Shown here one piece after another: positions 37,254 through 49,773 of a stretch of DNA of 64,000 nt. This DNA comes from Azolla caroliniana. Its lineage: Eukaryota > Plantae > Polypodiophyta. Below the pieces are notes generated by a model. It did no database searches and had not been told where the DNA came from. It saw only the letters and a list, made by a program, of their open reading frames with translations. The stretch is taken from assembly GCA_043228905.1 (NCBI GenBank), contig JBHGNT010000002.1:22320001-22384000 (forward strand), in the 5' to 3' direction. A program made the translations under genes and the position numbers. The stretch's first letter is position 1; the number at the start of each line of letters is the position of its first letter.

Positions 37254-37271
37254 TTCACGTCGGGTTCACCA
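37254..37271 (-). promoter_or_regulatory. Primer-binding site of gypsy B complementary to the 3' end of tRNA-Trp
   Basis: TGGTGAACCCGACGTGAA is the reverse complement of ...TTCACGTCGGGTTCA-CCA, the 3' end of plant cytosolic tRNA-Trp as I recall it. It sits 8 nt from the LTR. Confidence 0.75.
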
Positions 37272-39389
37272 CTTAATTATGTCGTGAAGATCCGTCACTA
37301 CGCACGGATCGTGAGGCGGAACCGCCGGGGTTCTGGACCGGAAGGATTCAAAGTCGATACAAGCTTTGGCGAGAAAGTACTTAAGATAGATTGGGAAAGA
37401 GAGAAGTTGAGATTAAACGATTGAGAAAGATTGATTGAAGTTTTATCTTTGGATTTAAGAAACAAGTTACACCATCAATTTGATAACAAATTTCTTCTTC
37501 TTAATTTCATAACAAAAAAAAACCGTGTTTTTTCTCCTCCCCCTTCCTTCTTTTATAGATGCTCTCATGCATATGATGCATGTGAGGGTACAAGACATAC
37601 ATAAAATGCATGTTTGCCATTTGGCGCTTACGTATTACATGTGGTGCATGATAACCATGTCACTCATTTTAGCTCTCATGTATGAGAATTTACATGTAAA
37701 AGTACAATGATAGAAATATAATTTCAACTAAATAGCATGGCTTAATGTTAAGCCAATTGATTCCTAACTTGGAGATGCAAGGTTCAAATCCTTCCTTGCC
37801 CTCCTTGTATATGTATATATGTATATATATTTATATATTTATTTATCTAGTCGCCGGACGCCGGTTCGTCGGATGCCGTCGGTTACCGTTGCGTCGCCGG
37901 ATACTGGTGCCGCCGTTGGATGTCGTCGCCGGATACCGGTGCTGCCGCCGGTGCCTCGCCGGATGCCAGTGTCTCACTGGCGTCGGATTGCCGTCGGATC
38001 ACCGTCGCCGGATCACCGACTCCATTGCCGGTCCGGTTTTGGTTGGCCAAAACCCTTTACGAGTAGCTAGCCCACCTCCACTCTTAGTTCAAGTTACCTT
38101 GAACTCTCTATGCTCCACACATAGACACAAAGATAATATATTTTGCTCCACCTTATATATGATGAGAGCCGTATTTGTCGTGTCTATGTGGGATATCTCA
38201 CAATTTTCTCTTTTCCTTTCACAAACTTTATACCCTCATATCTTGACATTTAGTTGTCCGTTTCTCGTGTAATAAAGTGCATTCGAAACCTCCATCATTT
38301 TGTACTTAGATATTAAATTTATTTAAAATGTTATCTTCACAATTATTGTACTATGTGATTCATACTCGATTTCGTACGTTTTATGGGATTTTCACACTAT
38401 TGCCGAAAATCTTCACGACAACGATGTACTTCAATGCTCACTCGAGCGCCTGACACTAACTACGAGAGTAATAACTCCCTAGTAGTCTAGTTGCTACTAG
38501 GCTTCCGGTTACTGATGGATCTAGCTAACCGGCTCCCCACCTCACCGACTCTTTGCTCACCGGGTGCTCACCGGCTCACCGATCTGTCTCGCTCACCGGC
38601 TCAGCCTTATCCAGCCGATCCGGCTCCAATTGAGCTTGCCGCTCAACACTCCTCCTCAAGCTCAACTTGAGGTCTGATCATGACGGAAATCCAACGTTCC
38701 TTATGCGCAACGCTCGGCCACAACCGAGATTCTTTTCATACACAGAAAACGGGAAATAGAACACGACACAAAGAGGAGAAAGATACACAGGAGGTTTACG
38801 TGGAAAACCCCAAACTAGGGGAAAAACCACGGCAGCCCACGGGCTGCAAACTGTCACTATGTAAGAATGTACAAAACAGTGAGTTCGCGGAGGCAACAAC
38901 CTCGTGCTCACGATCTTCGCCACAAGCGGCGGTTATAACAGAGGCAACGACCTCGTCTCTCTCTCTCTCTGTACAGTTACGCACTCTCTCTTCTTCTTGC
39001 ACCAACAAGAAAAAAAAAAAACAACTACATTCTAAAAGTTTTCCCTAAATCATATTTATACTAATATGACTTTTCGGCTATTTACAAATATAGCCACGAT
39101 GGGCTCTCAGAAATATATTTACGAATATGTCTCTTCCTCCGGTTCATACCGGGTCTGCACCATCCGGCTCTCCGTAGCCGGGTACTCCTCATCCGGTTCG
39201 TACCGGGCCTGCACCATCCGGCTCTCCGTAGCCGGGTACTCCTTATCCGGTTCTCACCGGGTCTGCATCATCCGGCTCTCCGTAGCTGGGTACTCGTCAT
39301 ACGGTTTCGGCCTCGACCGAGTTTGTTCGTCGGCACTGTTCTTCTCCCTTCCCATCCGGAGGGACCTGTCTCCCAACAAACTCCCCCTT

Positions 39390-42300
39390 CACTCCGGCAT
39401 GGGGTGTCTTACCAGTCCGATCCTCTTCCGGCATGCGTCCAGCTTGTCGGGTGTCAGCACTTTGGTTAGCATATCTGACCCGTTCTCGGCCATGTGGATC
39501 TTCGTCAGTGCGAACTCCTAGTCATCTACTCTTTCCCGGATCCAGTGATACCTCCGCTGGATATGCTTCGTCCGGGAATGGTAGGCCGCATTCTTAGCAA
39601 GGTGGATGGCACTTTGACTGTCGCAGTAGAGTCGATATTCCTCTTGCCGGATACCGAGCTCTCCAATGAAGTCCTTCATCCATAATATTTCCTTGCCGGC
39701 TTCCACAACCGCCATGTACTCCGCCTTTGTGGTTGACAATGCAACCGTCTTTTGCAGCCTCGACTGCCACGAAACAGCTCCCCCTGCATATGTCATCACA
39801 TACCCGGATGTAGACCGGCTGGTATCCACATCAACCGACATGTCCGAATCGGTGAAACCGTCCAGTTGAGGTTTTCCGAAGCCGAATCGGAGACACATAT
39901 TTGAAGTGCCCTTCATATACCGGAGTATTCATTTGACTGCGTTCCAGTGCTCCTTGCCAGGATTACTCATGAACCGGCTCACCACTCCGACTGCGTATCC
40001 AATATCTGGTCGGGTACAAACCTTTGCGTACATCAAGCTCCCGACGGCAGAGGCATATGGAATCTTCATCATATCTGCCTTCTCTCCTTCGTCTTCGGGC
40101 TTTGCTTGCCGGATAGCTTGCAGTTTGCCGGAAGTGTCGATCCGACCGGTTTTGCATCTGACATGTTGAACCGGTGAAGCACCTTTGTCACGTACTTCTC
40201 CTGTGACAGCCATAATTGCTTCGCTTTCCGGTTACGGATGATGTGCATCCCCCGCATCTGTCTTGCCGGACCCAAGTCTTTCATTGAGAAGGTCCGGTTG
40301 AGAGCCTTCTTCAGCATCCGTATTTTTACTTGGTCTCGACCGACGATCAACATGTCATCCACGTACAGGAGGAGTATCAGGAAGTCCCCTCCTTCGAACT
40401 TCTTCACAAACACGCAGTGATCGGCCTGCGTCTTGTGGTACCCTTGATCGGTCATGAAGGAGTCGAACTTCCGGTACCATTCCCGGGGAGCCTGCTTCAG
40501 TCCGTACAGGCTCTTCTTCAACCGGCATACCAGGTGCTCCTTCCCTTTCTCCACAAATCCTTCCGATTGCTGCATGTAGATCTCCTCTTCGAGGTCGCCG
40601 TGAAGGAATGTCGTCTTCACGTCCAGTTGCTCTACCTCGAGGTCCATGCTTGCTGTTATACTCAACACTGTCCGGATGGAGGTCATCTTTACTACCGGGG
40701 CAAATATCTCGTCGAAGTCCACGCCCTTCTTCTGCTGGAACCCCTTCACTGCGATCCTGGCTTTGTATCTCGGGGGGTTGCCGGCATCTCCCGGTTTCAA
40801 CTTGTACACCCACTTGTTTCGGAGTGCCCGCTTTCCTTTCGGCAACTCCACCAATTCGTATGTATGGTTCTCATGCAGGGAATCCATCTCGTCTTGCATG
40901 GCACTTAACCATCTTCGGCTGTGGGTGTCTTCCTTCACTTCTTCGAAGCTTTCCGGCTCCCCCTCATCGGTCAGCAGAACATGCTCTGCATCCGGAAATC
41001 TCTGGGGGGCCCTTCTTTCTCTGAGAGGATATCTTCGTCTTCGGGCTTCGGTAACCGGCTCCTCCATTTGCTCTTCATCTGAATCCGATTCTGGGTCTTG
41101 GCCGGTTCCGGTCTCAGCTTCCTCTACTTCTTCTTCTGCCGGTTCGGTATCCTCACCGTAACCGACTGGTTCCTCGAGTGCTAACCGGCCTCTTGCCGGT
41201 TGGGTCTACTCATCGTAGAGTCTATCCTGACCGGTCGACTCAGAGTTCATTATCTTCTTCTCCGACTCCCAGTCGGCGAGCGTCTTGTCCTCCATGAAGA
41301 TAATATCTCGACTCTGGAATACCTTCTTGTCGACCGGGTCCCACACTCGGTAGCCGAACTCATCGTCACCGTAACCGAGGAATATGCATGGCCGGGTCTT
41401 TGGATCTAGCTTTCCTCTCCGGTCCTTAGCTACATGCACGTACGCGATGCCGGTAGGATACTTCCTTACCGGTCCACACTCTCTGTGGCGTGTCTCCGTC
41501 CAAGGGTACTGAGGGTGATCTATTTATCACGTATGTCGCCGTCGACAGTGCCTCAGCCCAAAACTTCTTGTGTAGTTTTGCATGCGCTAGCATACTCCGG
41601 ACCCTCTCCATTATGGTCCGGTTCATCCTCTCGGCCAGTCCGTTTAGTTTCGGCGTCTTCGGCACGGTAAATTCGAGTCGGATTCCCTTCAAGCGGCAGT
41701 ACTCCTCGAACTGCCCCCGGTACTCTCCTTCGTTATCTGCTCGAACCGCCTTCAGCTTCCGGCCGGTTTCTCTTTCCACTCTCGCGTGGAGCTCTTTGAA
41801 GACGGATAACACCTGATCCTTTGTCTTCAACGGTGTGGCCCACAGCTTCCGGTTGTGGTCATCTATGAACGTCACGAAGTACTGCGCTCCGGCATGTGAC
41901 TTCGTGTCTACTTGACACACATCCGTATGCACCAACTCCAGTGGTGCATTACGTCTCATCGGTGGCCTTGATCGAAAGGAGGTCCGGTTTTGCTTACCGG
42001 CCAGACAATCAGTGCACTTCTCCAAGTGCACGTTCTTCACTGGAATGAGGTTGTCGTCTGTAAGCCTCTTCATCCCCTTCTCGCTCATATGACACAGCCT
42101 CTTGTGCCACAACTCACCGGCAGTGTCGGATGCTACGTTCACTTCTTCCAGACATAACCGGGCATTCATCAAGTACAGTGTGTTTACCTTCCGGGCCCGA
42201 GCCACAATCAGGCTCCCTTTGCTGAATTTCATGACACCGTTCCGGATGCTACCCGTGTAGCCTTCATCATCTAGCCAACCAGCTGATATCAGGTTCAGAC

Positions 42301-43414
42301 GAACTTCCGGAATGTGTCGGACATCCTTCAGCAACAACTTGCATCCGGTTGGTGTTGTCAGCCACACGTCTCCTATGCCGACAATTCGGCATGTCCCTTC
42401 ATTTCCCATCCGGACATAGCCGTGATCACCGGCTGAGTAGGATGAGAAGTATTTCCAGTCCGGGGTAAGGTGGAACGATGCTCCGGAGTCTACCACCCAG
42501 GTCATCTCGTCGCCGGCAAGGTTTATTTCACTCTCCTCGGTGATGAGCATCAACTCCTCTTCACTTGCCGCGATTGCCGTCGTTCCCTTCCGGTCCGGCC
42601 CCCTCCGGTCTTTACCGTTCCGGTCCGGGGTTTGCTTCGATTCGGTACTGTCGGTTTCCTTGTCTTTACGGAAATGCCGACAGTTCTTTTGGAAGTGACC
42701 CGGCTTGCCGCAATAGAAGCAAGTAGGCCTACCCCTTGACTTTGACCGTGTCCCCGACTTCTCCCGGTTCTGGGGACTACGGTTTCTATGTCTTCCACGT
42801 TCCGATTCGGTAAGGAGCGCTTTGGAGTCGGAGCTCGTATCTTTGTCTTTCCGACGCGCCTCCTCATCTAGCAAGCTCGACTTTACTCTTGCTAGGGATA
42901 ACCATTTTCCTTCCGGCCCGGCGTTGCCCAAAGTGACAACCAACGTCTCCCAGCTATCCGGGAGGGAACAGAGCAGGAGTAGCGCTAGTACCTCATCGGC
43001 AAGAGGTACTTCCAACGACATTGCCTGGTGTATCAGCCCCTGGAAGGCATTCATATGCTCCGCCATGCTAGAGCCATCTTGGTACCGGAGTCTTACTAGC
43101 TTCCAGAATACCGAAACCTGGTTAACAGCATTTTTGTTTTGGAACATTATGCCGATCTTCTCCCAGAGCTCATGAGCCTTGCTCTCTTCATTGAAGTTGT
43201 TGTACAGGCTCATGTCGATGAAGCACTGTATGTACGCCGTTGTCTTCATGTGCATCACCTCCCATATCGCGGCGTCGATTTTGTCCGGTCTCTTGTCCCC
43301 GAACTGAACCGGCAGCCAGAGGTCTTTAACAACGAGCATGTCCCTCATCTTCGACTTCCATACTGAATAGTTGGAGCCGGTGAGCTTGAACATGCCGCCA
43401 AATGATTCGTCCAT
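39390..43414 (-). pseudogene. Copia C gag-pol with frameshifts and stops
   Basis: MDESFGGMFKLTGSNYSVWK, CFYCGKPGHFQKNC, WVVDSGAS, LVHTDVC, NKWVYKLK..YKARI, YVDD and SRLQKTVALSTT, spread over several ORF pieces. Confidence 0.9.
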
Positions 43415-43507
43415 TTTCTGTGTCGATTTCGCTCTGATACCACTTGACGGAAATCCAACGTTCCTTATGCGCAACGCTCGGCCACAACCGAGATTCTTTT
43501 CATACGC

Positions 43508-43691
43508 TGTCAAGATATTACGCAAGGGCGTATAGAAACGAGGCGGGACCGCGGGGGTCTTGAACCGAAGAGCAAGCGAGGGTGGAGAAAGAGAGAGGAC
43601 CGGTTACGCAGGACCAGGGATACACAGGGACACGGCCCTTCAACACGGAGAACGCGAATAGATGCCGACACAGGTAGACGCAAACAAATGA

Positions 43692-43740
<49 letters not shown>

Positions 43741-44210
43741 AATATCTGATCAAGAAGCTACAATCCGCGATGGGGCACAGGACGGTTACAACCGAACAGG
43801 CCGACGAACAGATGCCGATGCCTGTTCGCTGCGTCGCACAAAAGGGAGCAGGTCGGAGGTGCTGCCGGAAGCACTCGGGCGTTCCTCGAAACAGCGCGAG
43901 CCTCCTCGAAACCTTGCACAGGAAAGCTATGGAGAAAAAGGGAAGGAGAACAGAGCGCGAAGCGTCCAGAAACGGTCCGACAGCACTTCGTCCTCTCTGC
44001 GCGCGATCCTTTGTTCCTCCCCGTCCTCCTCCTTTTATCGGTCAAGAAGGAGCCGTTCGGCATTAAATTCCCACCTACCGTATCTAACCACTTCGATCCT
44101 CCTAGGTACCTAATTCGCCTCTATGTACAACTTGGCGCGCACGTGCGTGAAGAGCCGGTTCCCATGCCTTGGTGCCCCAATTCCACCCTTGGACGGTTTT
44201 CTTCACGACA
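43508..44210. mobile_element. Solo LTR (703 bp) of the gypsy-B-related group, inserted in the 5' LTR of copia C
   Basis: TGTC...CTTCACGACA termini (same right end as gypsy B), perfect 4-bp TSD ACGC (43504-43507, 44211-44214), and a GAGGCG..ACCGC.GGGG motif shared with the B LTR start. Confidence 0.85.
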
Positions 44211-44908
44211 ACGCAGAAAACGGGAAATAGAACACGACACAAAGAGGAGAAAGATACACAGGAGGTTTACGTGGAAAACCCCAAACTAGGGGAAAAACCA
44301 CGGCAGCCCACGGGCTGCAAACTGTCACTATGTAAGAATGTACAAAACAGTGAGTTCGCGGAGGCAACAACCTCGTGCTCACGATCTTCGCCACAAGCGG
44401 CGGTTATAACAGAGGCAACGACCTCATCTCTCTCTCTCTCTGTACAGTTACGCACTCTCTCTTCTTCTTGCACCAACAAGAAAAAAAAAAAACAACTACA
44501 TTCTAAAAGTTTGCCCTAAATCATATTTATACTAATATGACTTTTCGGCTATTTACAAATATAGCCACGATGGGCTCTCAGAAACATATTTACGAATATG
44601 TCTCTTCCTCCGGTTCATACCGGGTCTGCACCATCCGGCTCTCCGTAGCCGGGTACTCCTCATCCGGTTCATACCGGGCCTGCACCATCTGGCTCTCCGT
44701 AGCCGGGTACTCCTCATCCGGTTCGTACCGGGCCTGCACCATCCGGCTCTCCGTAGCCGGGTACTCCTTATCCGGTTCTCACCGGGTCTGCACCATCCGG
44801 CTCTCCGTAGCCGGGTACTCGTCATACGGTTTCGGCCTCGGCCGAGTTTGTTCGTCGGCACTGTTCTTCTCCCTTCCCATTCGGAGGGACCTGTCTCCCA
44901 ACAGATCA

Positions 44909-47900
44909 TAGTGTCAACGTCTATGGCAACCGGTCCTTCTGCCCGGCTCCTTATGGCGTCACTCCGCCTTGCCCGCGCTCCTCGTCCGGTCCGGTTCTGT
45001 TTGCCGCAACCCCTCTTGTTCTGCACACCTCGACCTCCTCGGTTGACTTGTCTGCTCAACAGGCCTAATTCAGCTCCCTCGCTGTTGTGACTTTGGCGTG
45101 TGCCGGTTCGTGTTGGCATCGACTTTCGCTGCCTTCTCGTCTCTTGGCCTTGAATTGATCCGGTTCTTCCGAATCTATCTGTTGAACCGAATTCGACTGT
45201 CTCCGATTCGTTCCAACTCTTGTCTGAATCGGTTGCTCCCGATTCGTCTTCTGGTTCCAGGCCCTTCACCATATCGGACCATGTTTGGGTCTTGGCCTTC
45301 TTCTTCCGGTCGGCTCTGTCCTTCTTGACTCTGCCGCCGCTGCCTCTCGTTCCAACTTGTTCGGATTTGTCGACTTCCTTTGTCGACTCGGCCCCTTTCT
45401 TCTTCTTGACTCTCCCTTCATCACTTCTTCCCTCACCGGCGCAATCGGCAGTCTCTTTGCCTTTGCCCGTTCCGGTGTCTTTGCCCGTTCTCCCCCTCAA
45501 GTGTGGCACGTCGAGATGCTGAACACCAAGCATTTCGGTGAAGTGATGCAACTTGTCTGATTCGAGTGGTTTGATGAAGATGTCGGCAACTTGCCGATCC
45601 GTGTGAACATACCGAAGTTCGATCTCACCGCTCAGGACACGCTCACGCACGAAGTGATAGTCCACTTCTATGTGCTTTGTGCGAGCATGGAATACGTGGT
45701 TCTTGACGAGCTACATGCTACTTATGTTGTCGTAGTAGATCAGAATTGGAGTCGGTACCTCGATCCGAAGGTCTTGCAACAGTTGTCGAAGCCAAATGGC
45801 TTCATAGGTGGCAATGGTAGCGATTTGATACTCAGCCTCAGTGCTCGATAGAGCAACTGTTGGCTGCTTTTTGCTGCTCCATGCAACAACCACACTACCT
45901 AGGGAAAACATGTAACGGGAGGTTGATCGGCGATCTAATGCTCGCCGGCCCAGTCCGCATCTGTGTAACCGACCAGCTCTTCGGTTATACCTCGCCGGTA
46001 TAACAATCCCTGGTCCTTCGTGCCGCTCACATACCGCAATATTTGGTGCATGAACTAAAGATGCTCCACGGTCGGCTTCTGCATGAATTGGCTAATCACA
46101 CTGACAAGATAGCTGATGTTGGGTCGGGTGATGGTCAAATATATAAGGCTTCCGACAAATTGTCGGAACCGTTTGTCATCGCAGGCCAGTTCGGAGTCGG
46201 GATGGAGCTTCTGGTTCCGATCCAGGGGAGTCGAGATAGGTCGGCATTCCGTCATGCCAAACTTGTACAAATATTCAACACATAGTGCCTTTGTGAGAGC
46301 AATATGCCGTCGGGGGTTCGGATCACCTTTACCCCAAGAAAATAATGAAGGTCCCCTAGGTCCTTCATCTTAAACGCATCCGACAACTGGGACTTGACTC
46401 GGCTGATTTCATCGAGTCTGGGTTCGGTGATGACCAGATCATCAATGTACAACAAGAAGCAAACCGGACCGTCCGGACCTTGTCGGATGAACAACGAAGA
46501 GTCAGACTTGGAGGCCGCAAACCCCATCTTATGCAATCGGTGCATGATCTTTGCATTCCAAGCTCGGGGGGCTTGCTTCAGGCCATAAAGTGACTTATTT
46601 AGCTGGCATACCGCCGGCTTGTTCATCTCCGTCTGGAAACCGGGAGGTTGTATCATAAAGGCCTCTTCTTCAAGGTTTCCTTGAAGAAATGCATTCTTCA
46701 CATCCATTTGGTGAAGATGCCACCCCCTTGCTGTTGCTACCGCCAGCACCACACAAACCGTCGTCAACTTCTCTACCGGAGCGAAGGTGTCTCATCGTAG
46801 TCAATTCCGTGGGTCTGTGCGTATCCCTTCACCACTAACCGGGCCTTGTACCGGTTAACGGAACCATCAACATTGTACTTTACCTTGTACACCCACTTGC
46901 ATCCAATCGGTTTACTGTGACGAGGAGGGTCAACCAGGTCCCATGTATCGTTGGCATCAAGTGCCCGCATCTCTTCTTCCATAGCGGCACGCCAATGTGC
47001 GTCCTTTGTCGCTTCTGGGTAGCTCTCCGGCTCACGCACTTCCACCACCTTGGTCATGTACGCATAGTGATGCGCCATCTACTCATTGTACCCGTACCGC
47101 TTAACAGGTTCCTTCTGGCGGGTTGACCGACGTAACCCACCGTTACCCGGTTTGAGGCCCTTCTTGGCCGGTTCAGTCTTCGGTGCCGAAGAACCGTCAT
47201 TTTCCTTTCCGGAGTCGGATCCGCTCCGATCTGACTCATCAATACCGGTTCCATAGTCCGACATCTTTTTCTTCCCCCTCTCTTTGCGCGTGAACCGTCT
47301 CCTCGGTTCCTTGCACGTGGAGAGCATGACAGAGTCTTCACTACTCGCCGGTTCTTCTTCTGATTGGTCGGATTGACCCAGTCTCTCGTTTGGCCCACTC
47401 AACCGAAACGAATCCGGACTCTCTTCTTGAGTCCCGAATTCATCATCTTCTAACTGGACCGGTTCAGGCTCACTAGTCTCATCCTCCGGTATCAGGTCGG
47501 GGTCAGAAGTCGGAGCTGGTAAGGCATACCATGATGTCATCTCATCAAATTCAACATCGCGGCTAACTTGGACCTGCTTCATCCAGGGGTTATAACACTT
47601 ATACCCCTTTTGCTCATGTGAGTAGCCGACGAGGATGCACTTCTCCAATTTTGCATCAAGCTTCCTCCGCTTCTCATCCGGCACATGCACATATGCTATG
47701 CTGCTGAAAATCCGAAGGTGTCTCAAATTCGGCTTGCGCCCGAAATACAACTCATGCGCGGACACCTTGTCACCGATCCGGTTTTGGATGTAGACGGCCG
47801 TCCGGACCGCCTCCACCTAGTAGAAATGGGGCATGCTCTTCTCTTCCAGCATTGCCCTTGCTGCATCGACAAGTGACCGGTTCTTCCTTTCGGCCACACC

Positions 47901-49773
47901 GTTTTGCTCCGGTGTGTATCTGTAGCTGAACTCTCTCCGAATTCCTGTTTGCTGCAGATAACTGTTGAATTGGCCGGAAAAATATTCTTTTCCGCGATCT
48001 TACCACAAGCACTTGATCTTCCTCTCCGATTCCCGTTCCACCATGCTCTGGAGGTTCCGGAAACAGTCGAAGACTTCGCTCTTCCGCTCAATGAGGTAGA
48101 TCCATGTGTGTCGGCTATAATCGTCGATGAAGGAGACGAAGTATCGACTCCTGCCAAGACTCACGTTCTGTGTCGGTCCCCATACATCCGAATGAATAAG
48201 GTCGAGCTTGTTACGGCTACGATTTTGTTCGACGGGGAATGGAAGCCGATGTTGCTTCTCGAGTTGGCAGGCTTCACATATTTGGGCCTTTTGGCCACTA
48301 AACTTCGGCAAACCGAAAACAACTTGTTTGGTTTGGGCCGATCTGCTTGTGCCACATGTCGATGTCCGATTCGACCTTCTGTCCTTTGGAGAACAAGGCG
48401 GTGCTGACGTCATTGGTGTCGAGGATGAACATCCTCCCATCTCTGCGCCCTTGAAAGGTGCGTAATCTGGCCCTCCTCCTCGATGAAGCACCCGAGGTGC
48501 GTAAACCGCACCTGCATTCCCTGGTCGACGATCTGTTTGACCGACACTAGGTTCTTCGTGATAGTCGAAACGTGTAATACATTCATCAGCTTCCCCCTCT
48601 GTCCGACGTGGCTCAAGGGAACTTTTCCGACATGCACGATTGGGTGAGGAGTGTCGTCTCCGGTTTCGACAACTCCCGGTTGTTCCGGTTTCTCAGGAAG
48701 GAGAACCACTCTTTGTGGTTCGTCATGTGATTTGACCCATCGGAATCAACGTACCACACTTTCTCCGATTTGGAAGTGGTCTTCTTCATCGAATTTGCCT
48801 CGTGCTTCATCACCAAGGCTGGCCCCTTACCGGCTTTTCCGGTTTTGGATCCTCCTGATCCTTCTGCGTAGTGCGAGTATTGCCGGTTCTCCCAACCGGT
48901 TTTGCTGGATCCGGATCTGTTCGAATCGGCACGCTTCTTCCAACACTCGCTTTCTCTGTGGCCCTTTTTACTGCAGTACCAGCATTCCGTGGCAGATTTT
49001 TCTTGCCAGCTTCCGGCGCCGCCTTGACTCCCATTGCTTGTGGAAGTCTTAAAACTGCTATCGTTACAGTTTCTGTGCCGTCGGTCTTGCCCTTGCCGGT
49101 CGCCTCCATTGCGTGCCGACCCGCCTTGTCCACCACGCCCACGGGGCCGATCCGCCTCCGTGTACAACATCTGGCTGTCGGTGGGTGCACTTGGTGACGC
49201 ACCGGCGTGGTTCTCCTCTACAAGGAGCATCGACTGTAAGTCGAAAAATGACAGCGTATTCTCCCTTGTACATACTAATGTCCGGAAAGCTCGGAACTTA
49301 GAAGCCAGGCCCCCAAGACAGACCTGTACCATCTCGTCTTCCTCTACAGTGACGTTGATAGAGGCAAGCGAGTGACAGATCTCTTTGATTCGGGTCGTGT
49401 AATCAGCCACCGACATGTCCTTCTGTCGGACATTTCTCAACTCCTGTCGGAGTTGCAACTTCCGGGCTGTGGTGCTTGCGGCGAACACCTTCTTCAGGTT
49501 TCCCCAAGCCTCTTTCAACGTCCTGACATCTCAGACGTGGCTCAACAACTGGTCTTCGACATTGCCCGCAAAACAATACATCACTCTGCTTGCCAATTGT
49601 TCCCACACCGGGAAGTCCTTGTGTGCCGCATTAGGTGTTGTGTCGTTAGCTCCGTCGACATAGCTCCAGTACCCATGCCTAAGCAGGTACTAGTGCATCT
49701 TGTAAGACCAAGATGCGTAGTTGGTTCTGTCGAGCTTCTCCACTGGGAGCGAGCTAGCCATTCCTCTATCCAT
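44909..49773 (-). pseudogene. Copia A gag-pol, frameshifted (Gag, zinc knuckle, PR, IN, RT, RNase H and charged C-terminal extension)
   Basis: MDRGMASSLPVEKLDR start, CWYCSKKGHRESEC, WYVDSDGSNHM, LIHSDVWGP, KWVYKVKY..YKARLV, YIDD and [17 protein letters not shown]. Several stops and frameshifts. Confidence 0.9.

Larger units (their letters stand above)
22046..38420 (-). mobile_element. Ty3/gypsy LTR retrotransposon B (no chromodomain seen) inserted in the 3' LTR of copia A
   Basis: LTRs 22046-23503 and 37280-38420 with 12-bp terminal inverted repeats TGTCGTGAAGAT/ATCTTCACGACA. 4-bp TSD ACGG/ACGA. PPT GGTGGGGGTGGA beside 23503. Domain order Gag-PR-RT-RH-IN. Confidence 0.93.
38681..44903 (-). 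mobile_element. Ty1/copia LTR retrotransposon C (Tnt1-like, frameshifted) inserted near the 3' end of copia A
   Basis: LTRs 38681-39378 and 43445-44903 (the latter holds a solo-LTR insertion). Perfect TSD GATCA (38676-38680, 44904-44908). PBS at 43442-43431, PPT AGGGGGAG beside 39378. Confidence 0.94.

Noticed and set aside
44553-44903. Repetitive RSTRLRRAGWCRPG tail on the 370-aa ORF
   Set aside because: Read-through from copia A into the 54-bp repeats of the inserted copia C LTR; not part of the native protein.
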